Source: a virus (lineage: Duplodnaviria; Caudoviricetes). From it: a stretch of 54,370 nt of DNA. Shown here in pieces: positions 21,160 through 31,831 of the stretch. The position numbers were made by a program, and so were the translations under genes. The notes beneath the pieces were generated by a model. That model saw only the letters and a program-made list of their open reading frames with translations. It had not been told where the DNA came from and made no database searches. The stretch is from IMG/VR virus record IMGVR_UViG_3300046167_000449, positions 1-54,370 of that record; one strand, written 5' to 3'. Numbering within the stretch: position 1 is the stretch's first letter; every line of letters starts with the position of its first letter.

Positions 21160-23191
21160 ATGGGTTCATTAAAACTACAGTCTTTTGATGATTTTGCTAA
21201 TGCTACTGCTAAAGCAGCAAAGCTAAAATTAGAAGAAGAACAATCAGCAGCAAGAGACGCAGCTGCATACGAATTTAAAACACTACTATCTAAGTTTGGA
21301 GTAACAAAAATTAAAGACCTTAACGAAGAGGACAGAAATAAGTTCTTTAGAAAGTTAGGTGCTACAGAGATTAGCGAATCAGTTGCTATCATTGAAGAAG
21401 GTACACGTTCTCAAATCGGCCTTATTAACAAGAGAGGAAAAATCAAATCAGTGTATATGCACTACGATGGTTATCCAGACCACATGTTACCTACAATTAA
21501 AAAAGGTAAATACGATGCTGGAACAGTTAAGACTTTACTAGGTAAAGGAGGTGGTTCATACTTAGAGCCAGACTGGAGAAATATCAACTTCTATGGAGAT
21601 AAAACTACACTAGATGGTGACGTTAATAAAATTAACAAATTTATTAGAGATGCATCGAACGATGCAGGCGCAGAATTCGTTTACTTATTTGACGAAAGAG
21701 ATGGTAAGTGGTATATGGCAGATGTTTATGCTGAGACTGGTTTACAGAAAGCTTTTGAATCTATGGTAATTAATGAAGCATTTACACCAAGTAAAGGTAA
21801 TTTAAGAGATGCTAAGAAAGTAAAGAAAGCACTAGAGCAATTCTTTACTAACCACAACGCGTTAATGGATAAATCTATTTTTTTAGGAGTATGTAAATAC
21901 TTATTAGCAGAATCTTTAACAGATGCTAATTTCCATTCTTATAGAGAGCCTGTAAGTAAAGTACTTAAAGGTAAATTAAGTACAGTATTTGTAGAGATCG
22001 ATGGATTAAACAATATGAAAGTTCCAATCGGTAAGAAATCAATTATTACTTTATTAGATGAAGTTGGTCCATTTATGGCATCAGCTGCTGGATGGTCAGG
22101 TATTGGTATCGTTGAAGGTATGGCATTATTCTTAGATAGCTTCGGTAATTCTGATCTAGCTCAGAAAATTGTAGATGAATTTAATCTAATTTTCCAAAAC
22201 GAATCTGTAGTAAATGAAGGTAACGCTTTCTTAGCTGCAAGAGCTAAAGCAATCGAAGAAGATGCTGAAGAATTTGAATTTAACGGTAAGAAATTTCCAG
22301 TAATTAAAGAAGAAGAGGAAGTAACTGAAGAAGTAAACGAAGGTTTACACCCTAAATTAAAGAAAGCTATGAAAGCTGTTGAGAAAGGTGAAACAGTTTA
22401 CGGAGAAAACGTTAGGTTCCCTGGAAGATTTAAAATTATAGAAATGGGAGAACTGTTCGCAACAGTAGACTATGAAGATGGTACAGAGCCAATGGAAATG
22501 GCTTCAATGAATATCAGAATTGATTCTTTACAATTTGAATCAGTAGAAATTGAAGAAGGTAATGAATTCGGTGCTGCTAAGAGCAGAAGCAATTGCAAAA
22601 GGCGAAAAAACTTTTAAAGTTGGTGACGAAGAATATCCAGTAGAAGATGTTTCTAAGGAAGATGAAGAGAACGCAGAAGAATATGCTGAAGAAGAAGGTA
22701 TTGAAGTAAAAGAAGAGGAAGAAGCTGAAGTTACTGAAGCTAGATTTGTAAAGGATTACGAAGGTGATGTTTTAAACGCTGAAACTGAAGAAGAAATTCT
22801 AGAAGTTTATCCTGACGCAAAATTCTATGTTGGTAAAATGTCACACTTTTTTGGTGAGTTAATGCCTAATCTTTTCTTTAAAGCTTATTATGCTAAATAC
22901 TATAAAGAAGATACTGGTAAATCAATTAAAGGTGATTTTAAAATTACTTCAATATATTCACAAAAAGGTAGCAACTATCAATATTTATTTAATGAGTCTG
23001 CACAACCTACTAATGAAGCTGAAGTAAAATCAGATGAAGAGTTTAAAGAGTATGCATTCTCAGTTTTGGGACAAGCATTCGGTGATAAATTCGACGAAGA
23101 AAAAGCTCAAGAAGTAGTAGACGGTTTATTAGACAAACACGGCGATGACTATGGTGCAGCAGTTGGCGCATTACAATCATCACTAGGATAA
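21160..23191 (+). CDS. Head-packaged modular polyprotein 1 (frameshift near 22580)
   Basis: CTS-like LQSFDDF; repeated ESxx(xx)(I/V/T)(N/E)E linkers separating distinct domains; late promoter at 21115. Confidence 0.7.
22219..22642 (+). repeat. Duplicated 28-aa module GN(A/E)FxAARAxAI...FxxxGxx(F/Y)PV
   Basis: Copies at 22219-22302 and 22558-22642, each starting right after a linker Glu. Confidence 0.75.
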
Positions 23192-23210
23192 AAACAATCT
23201 AAAACTTCTT

Positions 23211-24484
23211 ATGAAGATATACACAAATTTTACAGAATTCTTAAACGAGAAAGCTCCAGGTAAACAACTTGGAGAGTTTCGTATTTGAAGGTGGGGCCGC
23301 TGGCCACATGATGCACCCATTCGATGACCATTCATTAACATTTGCTGATTTCAAAACTATTGTAAGATCTGCACTACAAGGAGGTCTTGATTTTGAAGAG
23401 ACACCAACTGAAAAGACAGATGGTCAGAATGTATTTGCAACTGTAAAGGATGGTAAAGCAATGTTCGCTAGAAATAAGGGACAATTAGCAAATCCACTAG
23501 ACCTAAATGGTATCATTAAGATGTTCACTGGCCACGCTTCAAAGCTGGTTGAAGAAACATTCATCTTTGCTGCTAAAGATCTAGCAGAAGCGCTCCCAAA
23601 GCTTAAGGACCAGTCTATATTTATGGACGGCCAGTCTTTTATTAATATGGAGCTCATTTATTCTAAAAACCCTAATGTAATCTATTACGATAGAGATGTT
23701 ATTCAATTCCATGGTATGAAAGTTACTGATGGCAATGGTAATATTATTGGTGAAGAGAATATTGCAGGTGAAATAGTTAAAGCACTTAAAGAATTAAAAG
23801 CGGATGTGCAAAAGACCTTTACAATAATTCCCCCTCAAATTTTAAAGTTAGGAAAAGATATTAACTTTGATGATAGAGTCGGCTATTACGAAAAGGCGAT
23901 AAATAAACTAAGAGATACTTATGGTTTATCAGATCAAGATGAAGTCAAAATGTATCACGAAGCTTGGTGGAGAAATGAAATCGAAAAGTATTTTGGAGAT
24001 TTAGACCCAGCATTAAAAGAAGGTCTTTTATTAAGATGGGCATACCTAGACAAGAAGACTCTAAATATGAGAGAGTTAAAGAAGGCAGTTACTCCAGATC
24101 AAGCAAAAGCCGTTAAAGAATATGACGGTCAAAGAAATAAGAAGTATAAAGAAAATATACTACCTTTTGAAAACCTATTTTTAGAATTAGGTGCAGATGT
24201 TTTAAAGAACGTTTCTAATTTTGTTGCTGCTAATCCAGAAGCTGAGAAAGCTAGATTACATAAGCAAATCAGAACTGAGGCTGACAAAGTTAAAAAGAAC
24301 GGCGATCTAAAACAAATCGAGAAGGTAGAAAAAGAATTAAAGAGACTAGAAGGGTATCGGTGGTATCGAGTCAATTATTCCAACTGAAGGCCTAGTCTTT
24401 AAATATAATGGTAAAACATTTAAACTAACGGGTACCTTTGCTGCAATTAACCAGCTAATGGGTATCATTAAATATGGTAGATAA
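23211..24484 (+). CDS. Covalent nucleotidyltransferase (RNA/DNA ligase-like) with CTS; frameshifts near 23255 and 24352
   Basis: MKIYTNFTEFLNE; motif I TEKTDG, III INMEL, IIIa IQFH, IV PTEGLVF, V FKLTG. Confidence 0.7.
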
Positions 24485-26343
24485 TGGCACTAAATAATTT
24501 AAAAACATATTTCGAAGGCGCTAACTCAAATGAGTTTATGGATTTACTTAATAACAAATGTATTGTTACTGAGAAAATTGATGGCTCATCTTTTCATGTA
24601 AAGAGAAATAAAACAGATTTCTCTTACTATAAGTCTGGTTCAAAGACTGAGATGAATGTTATAGATCGTACAATCGTTAGATATTACGAGAACGCGATTA
24701 GACATTTTAAAACAGTTACTGAAGAGAACAAGTTAGATATGCCTTTTGATTGGAAATTTGGTTTTGAATATTTAGGAGATAATAAGACTATTGATATTGA
24801 ATATGATGTATTACCAAAGTCTAATTTAGTTTTAACGCATATACAAGTACTACAACCTTCTAATCCAAATAAAGTTAGAAAGGTAATTAGAGATACTAAG
24901 ATTCTAAATAAATGGGCAGATAAATTAGATGTTAATAGACCTCCAGTTCTTTTTGAAGGTCTTTTACATTCTGGTCAAAAATCTGCAATCGTTGATGTTT
25001 TAGAAACGAGTATAAATGAATTTGAAGAGAGATTTGAAAATCCTGATAGACCTTCTTTTACTAGAGTAGTTTATAGTATCTTTAATGAAAATCAAAAAGC
25101 ATCAGCTTTAATGCACGATCTTTCTAAAGATGTTTCTGGTTTTATAGTTAACTTTCATGATGGAAAGGGACTTAAATCTTTTGTCTTAGAAAAGTTTAAT
25201 AAACAACCAAGACCAGAAAGAAAACCATCTGACATGTATCAGATTTCTATTTTAGACATCGTTGAACATTTTATGCAATTTGATATTGATTCAATAGAAT
25301 TAAAAGAAGAAACATCTGACAAAAGATATTTAGAATTAATGTCAGAGATGTTTAATAGTTATATTGACGCAAATGCTACAAAATATATTGGAGCTAAATT
25401 TGACTCTGCAGATTTTGCAGAATCTCCTATGTTTGAATTAAACCATAAATTCTTACAAAACGAAAAGACATTAACTTTAGTACAGGATAAAATTTTAGCG
25501 GAACTATTTAAAATTACTTTAGGTTCTTTTAGAAGAAAGAGAAGTAAGGAGACTGATATTATTTCTGGAGATGTGTTAACAGGATTAAATGAGCTTATTG
25601 AAAAGGTTGAAAATAAAATATTAGCTAAAGCAAATGAAGATAGCGTAATGAACTTTAAACAGTATTTAGTAAATCAAAGAATATCTGCTGAAGTATCACC
25701 TGTTATGGAGGCTTTAAAAGTAGACTATCCAGAAAAAGGTAAACAATTAGTAAATATGTTTGTTGGTAGATTCCAACCATTTACATTAGGACATGCTAAA
25801 GTTGTAGAAACAATTCATAAGCAAAATGGCTATCCTGTAGTTATTCTATTAGTTAAAGCTAAGAATAAGAAAAAGGAAGATGCATTTAAGAGACCTTATG
25901 ATGAGGCAACTCAAGTGGCTATGATAAACAGATTAAAGGGTAAATTACCTATTGAAGATATTTTCGTAATTCCAACTGGAGGTATTGATACTATGTTTAA
26001 TGCAATGAGACCTAAATACGAACCTGTATTATGGGGAACTGGAAGTGATAGAATGAGAACTTATGGTTTTCAAGTAGATAAGCAGGAATATAGAGATGCT
26101 CTAGATGTTAGAGATGATTTTGGTTTATTTGAAATCCCTAGAACAGGAAAGAATATATCAGCAACTCAAGTAAGAAATGCAATGCTAGATGGCGATGAGA
26201 AGCTATTTAAGAAACTAACTCCTAAGCCATTACATAACATGTATGCCGAGTTAAAACAAAAATTAGAAGACTCGATGGGAGTTATGGCAGAATCTACAGA
26301 TGTAGAGTTCTTAACCTTCGATGATTTTATTAAGAATATATAA
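24484..26343 (+). CDS. Fusion of a ligase-like domain and a HIGH-class nucleotidyltransferase (cytidylyl/NMN-adenylyltransferase-like)
   Basis: VTEKIDGSS at the N-terminus; GRFQPFTLGH, GSDR and ISATQVR at the C-terminus. Confidence 0.8.
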   Translation: MALNNLKTYFEGANSNEFMDLLNNKCIVTEKIDGSSFHVKRNKTDFSYYKSGSKTEMNVIDRTIVRYYENAIRHFKTVTEENKLDMPFDWKFGFEYLGDNKTIDIEYDVLPKSNLVLTHIQVLQPSNPNKVRKVIRDTKILNKWADKLDVNRPPVLFEGLLHSGQKSAIVDVLETSINEFEERFENPDRPSFTRVVYSIFNENQKASALMHDLSKDVSGFIVNFHDGKGLKSFVLEKFNKQPRPERKPSDMYQISILDIVEHFMQFDIDSIELKEETSDKRYLELMSEMFNSYIDANATKYIGAKFDSADFAESPMFELNHKFLQNEKTLTLVQDKILAELFKITLGSFRRKRSKETDIISGDVLTGLNELIEKVENKILAKANEDSVMNFKQYLVNQRISAEVSPVMEALKVDYPEKGKQLVNMFVGRFQPFTLGHAKVVETIHKQNGYPVVILLVKAKNKKKEDAFKRPYDEATQVAMINRLKGKLPIEDIFVIPTGGIDTMFNAMRPKYEPVLWGTGSDRMRTYGFQVDKQEYRDALDVRDDFGLFEIPRTGKNISATQVRNAMLDGDEKLFKKLTPKPLHNMYAELKQKLEDSMGVMAESTDVEFLTFDDFIKNI

Positions 26344-26363
26344 AACAAATATAGTATAATAAC

Positions 26364-26777
26364 ATGAATAACATAAAGACATTTGAAGGTTTCAGAGAAG
26401 ACGGTTACAAACCAGTAAATGAGTCTATTCCATTTGGATCTTACTACTATAATGATAGAACATCATTTGGAGAGCATGGTGATAACCTTCCAGAAAAAGG
26501 TGAAACTAAATACCTAGTATTTGCTCATAATAGCGCAGACCTTAATGGTCAAACTATTAGATTAGAAGGTGAGGTTAGATTTGGATCTACAACTTCAAAA
26601 AGATACATTGGAATTTTTGAAGACGAAGCATCTGCAACAGATGCATATAGTGCTTCTATGAAAAAGCCAGAAGGAACATTTGTTTCTTTCTCAATGGGAA
26701 CTCTTTATGCAAAGTCTAAGTTTTCATTTCAATATGAAGAGACTAAAGGTTATTTAGCAAAAATTAAAGTAAGATAA
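26364..26777 (+). CDS. Internal head protein with CTS
   Basis: MNNIKTFEGFRE...PVNE then a 115-aa domain; AATATATA upstream. Confidence 0.65.
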   Translation: MNNIKTFEGFREDGYKPVNESIPFGSYYYNDRTSFGEHGDNLPEKGETKYLVFAHNSADLNGQTIRLEGEVRFGSTTSKRYIGIFEDEASATDAYSASMKKPEGTFVSFSMGTLYAKSKFSFQYEETKGYLAKIKVR

Positions 26778-26779
26778 TT

Positions 26780-28878
26780 ATGGCAACATTCGAAGACTTT
26801 TTATCAGAAGGTAAGAAAATACAAATTAAAAGAAGGTATACTGAGAACCACCCTGCTTCAACAGTAGGTAAAACTGCTAGCGTAAGAAACGCAGTACTTA
26901 AAGCAGTTAAAGATGGTGTAATCACAGAAGAAGAGTTTACTAAAATACTTTCTGAATTATCCTGGTGACCATAGACAATGGAGAACTAGAAATACAAAAT
27001 ATTTTAATGTTTCTGAAGAGGGTATTAAACTTTCAAAGTGGGGTCTTAGAATTTTAGCTGAATTAGATGAAGAACCTAAAGCTGCTGGGGTATTTCGAAG
27101 CTACAGTAGAGATGGATGCAATTAACCCTGATGATAAAGACTTCCTAAAATTCTTAAAGAAGAATAAAGTTAAGATTATCAATAAAGAAATGGACGGTCC
27201 AGGTGGAGGCTACCCAGTTATCACAATGCAGGGTAAAAGAAAAGACCTTGAAAAAGTATTAGCAGATTCAGAGCTTGGATGGGACGATCCAGATTTAGCT
27301 GAGTATATCGAAGAGTCAGTAAACGAAAAGATTAAAGTTACTAAAGACGAATGGCCTTATATTGAATTCAAAGATGGTGGTAAAAAGCACAAAGTAGAAT
27401 TTGATTATGAGGATATTATTGACGACCACGGTAACGAGGGCCAAGATCAATACTGGATTGGTAAAGATGAAGATGGTCAAGAGTGGCAAATAGATGTTTA
27501 TGCTGATTACAGAGGTGAAGTAGAAGAAGTACACTATGATACTTTAATGGTAGCAGAGAATAAATCAGTAAATGAAAAAGACGACGCCGGTGACCACTTA
27601 GACAAGCTTGCTGAATTAGTAGGTAAAGCAAAAGACTTTATGTCAGTTGGCAAAGAATTAAAAAAAGGTAAGTACAAATATGACTTTGGTACTGGTATGA
27701 TGCCACACTATCAAGTAGAAGCAGACGGATTTACTTTTATGATTCTTAATAAAAGATATGTTGACAAAGGCGATAGAGAAGTTGGCGATATTGCAATCGG
27801 ACTATTAGAAAATATGAACACAAATATGACAAACACAAACGAAATTAACTTATTTGAATCATTCGGAGCATTCTTAAACTCTGAGGGTATTCTTAACGAA
27901 GCAATTAGCTCTTCTATATTAAGATCAGTTCTATCGAACGGTAGAGAAGGTAAACAAGCTAAGAAAAATCTTTCTCAATTAGCTAAAGGTTTTTATGGGC
28001 TATCTAAAGTAGCTCTTGATAAAATTCAAGATGAAGATTTTATTATTAGCAATGACGTATCAAAAGTATTTAAGAACTATGGTGGTTCAAGCCACGTACT
28101 TTTCTTTATCTCAGATAACGAGAAAGAAAATCCATACTATGACCATAATAACGGATCTTGGAATGACTATAAAGTAGTTCCAGGTGGAGGTATTGTATTA
28201 GCAGCTATGTCTGGTGACAGACAATTCTATGCTAACGAATGGTCAAGATGGGCAGGTGAAAGAGCTTGGTCTAAGAATAAAAAAGGTGATGTAGACCAAA
28301 TAGGTATCAACCACAAATACAGAGGTTGGGGCGCATCAGGTCTTAATAATGGTAAGAGAATTTCAGAGATGTCTGATAGAGTTATTGTTATCAACCTAGA
28401 ACTAATTAGACAAAAGTATTCTACTGAAAATCTTAGAAATGCAAGAAAAGAAGCTAGAGCAGGTGCAACAGCATTCAAATCTGATAAAGACTTTAGAGAT
28501 GCTAACAGAAATAGATACCACAAGATCTTAGCTGATAAAGCAGCAAGCTTACCACTAGATAAAATGGTATCAGATGCTATCGATAAACTTGCTAAACAAA
28601 TCTCAGACGGTTTAAAGAAAGGTGAGAAGACTAGATACCAAGAAATTAAAATTGGTGAATCTCCAAAAGGTAAAGAAGTAAAAGCAAAAGATGCATCTCA
28701 ACACATGTCAAATATCTTAGATGACTATTCTAGGTATGTAGATTACATTAGACAGGCAGAAGAATCTGAAGCTAGATATGGTGAAAGAGAATCTTACTAC
28801 GAAAGAGAATCTAAGAACTATGCAAAAAACATTAAAGAAAGAATAAACAAGATTGATAGTTTCGACTACGCTTGGTAA
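26780..28878 (+). CDS. Head-packaged modular polyprotein 2 (frameshifts near 26962 and 27092)
   Basis: MATFEDFLSE; linkers GVFE, EESVNE, NKSVNE, NLFE and GILNE. Confidence 0.68.
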
Positions 28879-28890
28879 TATAATAGAGAT

Positions 28891-30536
28891 ATGCCTTCTG
28901 TAAGTAAGTCACAACAAAGATTAATGGGAATGGCATACGCTGTTAAATCCGGCGACATGGAAATCTCAGACATCGACCCAGCTTACAGAGACAAAGTAAA
29001 ATCATTATCAGACGGAATGACAAAGAAAGATCTAAAGAAATACGCTTCAACAAAACACGAAGATTTACCAGAGACGGTAGATGAAGATTTTGCTCAAGCA
29101 CAACAACATATTACTCCTAGTGCAAACATTGGAGGTATGGGTCCTGTAATTTTACCATCTGATGGTGGCGTTGGTTCCGGTGATGTTCCTTCAGTTGCAG
29201 ATATAGATGATGACGAAGAGGAAGCTAAGAAAGATAAAACAAAAAAGAAATTAGAAATGGAAGGATTTAAACTATTTACACAATTTAGTAACTTTATTAA
29301 TGAGGGTTTAGCTGAGTCCGATAAAGTATACGAAGAGGCTATACTTGAAAATGCGGTTAGAGATTTACATTTTGAAACTGATCCAAAGAGAGCTGAAGAA
29401 TTAAAAATAGAAATCGGTACATCTCAAGGTGAAGTTACAAGAAGAAAACAAATTGAAGGCGGTGAATATTCACTAAGAAGATTTAGAAAAGAGATTAAAT
29501 ACGATGAGACCTGGAGAAGATCTTGGTGTATTTAAACCTGGTAGTTATATGGCTGCTACTTCTACATTAGGTGATGGTCCACATAAGAAAGTGGTTAAGA
29601 AGAGGAGATGGAACCAGAAAATGTATAACCAATGGATTGAGGATGTAGCTTCTAACGGTGGCTGGGAACATGCATTCGATATGGCCCAAAATGCTAAACA
29701 TGAACATGGGCTTATTGATTGGGTAAAGAAAAACTATAGAGATGACGATCCAATGCAAAGAATTCAATGGGATATTGAAGCATTTCGCAGAATCTGTAGT
29801 TATTGAAGCTGAAAGTGTAAAGGTAGGAGAATATATCAAAACCCAATACGGTTATTTCTATAAAAGAGTCGACGGTAAAGTTGGAGGACAAGAAGCTTTC
29901 GTTGAAATAAAGAAAGGAAAAGAAGGAAAGAGAAAAACAAGTATTCATGATACAGTTAGCTTTGAAATAGTTGATAAAGATGCTGCATTCGAATCATTGG
30001 TTACTGAAAAAAGTTGGAATGACGTTGCAAAAGTAATGGATGCTGGATTAAAGAAGGCTATAAAGAAAGGTATAACTACTTTAAGGTATGCTAAAGATTA
30101 CGTTAAATCATTAGAAAGAATGGCAAATAAAGAGGCTAAAAAATTCTTTGACGAGTATGGAGATTTTACCGAAGATGATTGGATTGAGGATGTAAGATAT
30201 AATATGGCTAATGAAAAAGTTAAAGACTATTTTTCTGAATGGGTAGCACTTAATGAGAAGAAAGAAGAAGATAGAGACGGTATGATGAAGTTTATTAAAA
30301 AGCACATGAGCTTTGTAGGTACTTCTGAAGATTTCAACGGCTCTGAAGGAGGTATTCATGTTTCCGGAGAAAATTGGGAAGATGAATTTAAAGGTCAAAC
30401 AATATATGACTACTACTCAGAAGATTACAAGAATAGAGAATTTGGTGTACTTAACTCATGGGAAAAGGAACTAAATAAAAGAGGATGGTATAGTGAGTGG
30501 TACGATGCAGGCACGGTCATGATATGGCCACTATAA
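28891..30536 (+). CDS. Head-packaged modular polyprotein 3 with DUF3008-like N-terminus (frameshifts near 29508 and 29785)
   Basis: MPSVSKSQQRLMGMA...KYASTKHEDLPE; internal FTQFSNFINE; linkers ESVVIE, ESLVTE and ALNE. Confidence 0.65.
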
Positions 30537-30545
30537 AAGACAAAG

Positions 30546-30608
30546 TTTTTACAAAATAATTAGCCTGATATTTTTTTATGTCAGGCTTTTTTCGTATATT
30601 AGTACTGT
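30546..30608 (+). promoter_or_regulatory. Early promoter element, copy 2
   Basis: Matches the reverse complement of 16551-16620 (CAAAATAATT...TTTTTTTATGTCAG...TTTTTCGTATATTAGTACTGT). Confidence 0.78.
30562..30592 (+). terminator. Intrinsic terminator of the internal-protein operon
   Basis: AGCCTGATA...TGTCAGGCT stem followed by a T run. Confidence 0.7.
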
Positions 30609-30609
30609 G

Positions 30610-30771
30610 ATGAACAAGAAAAAGAAACATGATGACAAATTAGACTTCAACGGAGGATGGTCTCCGGGTGAGGCTGCGCATCATATTTCTAAGAAGATGA
30701 CACAACAAACAGTATCAGATAAAACTAAGTACTCAAGAAAGAAGAAACATAAAAATAAAGACGATGAGTAA
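30610..30771 (+). CDS. Small basic protein, 53 aa, with KxKYSRKxKHK motif (missing from ORF track)
   Basis: MNKKKKHDDK...DKTKYSRKKKHKNKDDE; overlaps the next start codon. Confidence 0.65.
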   Translation: MNKKKKHDDKLDFNGGWSPGEAAHHISKKMTQQTVSDKTKYSRKKKHKNKDDE

Positions 30772-31441
30772 AATAGTAGTAATAGGAGACATTCACGGAC
30801 ACGTGAGTTGGAAGAAGATTATCGAGCTGAATCCTGATGCTACTGAGTTTGTATTCATTGGAGACTATTTTGATTCATTCTCAGTTTCACATGTAGAACA
30901 AATCTATAATTACAAAGAGATTATTGCATGGAAGGAATCTACTGATGTTAAGGTAACTATGCTGATCGGTAATCATGACTTTCACTATATGTCAGATTGT
31001 GGTGGAAGATATGGTGGATATAATGTATGGCACGCACCGGAAATTGGTGAACTCTTAAAAGAAACTAAAGAACATTTACAAGTAGCATATCAGGTAGATA
31101 AGTTTTTATTTACGCATGCCGGCGTTTCGAAAGAATGGTATGAGGCCAATTTCCCAGAAGGTGGTAATATCCCAGAACAAATTAATGATCTATGGTCTTA
31201 TGATAAGAGATCGTTTAATCATAGTGGTATGGAAATGTATGGTAATTATGATGGTGAAGGTCCAATGTGGATTAGACCTCAAGCCCTAAGACGTAATCCT
31301 CTTAACGATACTATTATACAAGTCGTTGGGCATACTAATATGAAAGTGATCGACTATGATGATAATCACTATTTTGTTGACTCACTCCCGCATGAGTATC
31401 TTTGTATTGAAAATGGAGTCCCAGTTATCTACGAACTTTAG
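30764..31441 (+). CDS. Calcineurin-like metallophosphoesterase
   Basis: GDIHG, GDYFD, GNHD, THAG and VGHT. Confidence 0.92.
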   Translation: MSKIVVIGDIHGHVSWKKIIELNPDATEFVFIGDYFDSFSVSHVEQIYNYKEIIAWKESTDVKVTMLIGNHDFHYMSDCGGRYGGYNVWHAPEIGELLKETKEHLQVAYQVDKFLFTHAGVSKEWYEANFPEGGNIPEQINDLWSYDKRSFNHSGMEMYGNYDGEGPMWIRPQALRRNPLNDTIIQVVGHTNMKVIDYDDNHYFVDSLPHEYLCIENGVPVIYEL

Positions 31442-31442
31442 T

Positions 31443-31469
31443 GAAACAAACTAGCATTCTTCTCTATAA
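31443..31469 (+). promoter_or_regulatory. GAAAC-N17-TATAA promoter for the modification operon
   Basis: Direct motif match. Confidence 0.65.
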
Positions 31470-31494
31470 TAATTAAGATTTAATTAGTTATTTT

Positions 31495-31831
31495 ATGAGC
31501 AAGAACATTCTAAAAGACAGCAGACGAAATTATTAACAACAGATCCGAAGAGAAAGAACGTATGTACGGTCCTTTCGAAGAAGGCATGAGACGTGCCGCA
31601 ATGATCTGTGCAGGTATGACCGGTAAAGAATGGTCAGGATCTGATATGTATGCCGCGCTAGTCGCACTTAAATTAAGCAGACATTCTTACAACTACAAAG
31701 AAGATAACCTATTAGATGCAGTAGCATATATTGGCGGTCTTGATAATTACATTAAGAAGTATGGATATGGTCCAACTGAGAAGCCTATTAATTTAACTGA
31801 CGCAGACGCTGGATATGGAGACAAACAGTAA
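31495..31831 (+). CDS. DUF6378-like protein (frameshift near 31515)
   Basis: ILKTADEIINNR...YGP...LKLSR...DNLLDAVAY. Confidence 0.72.
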
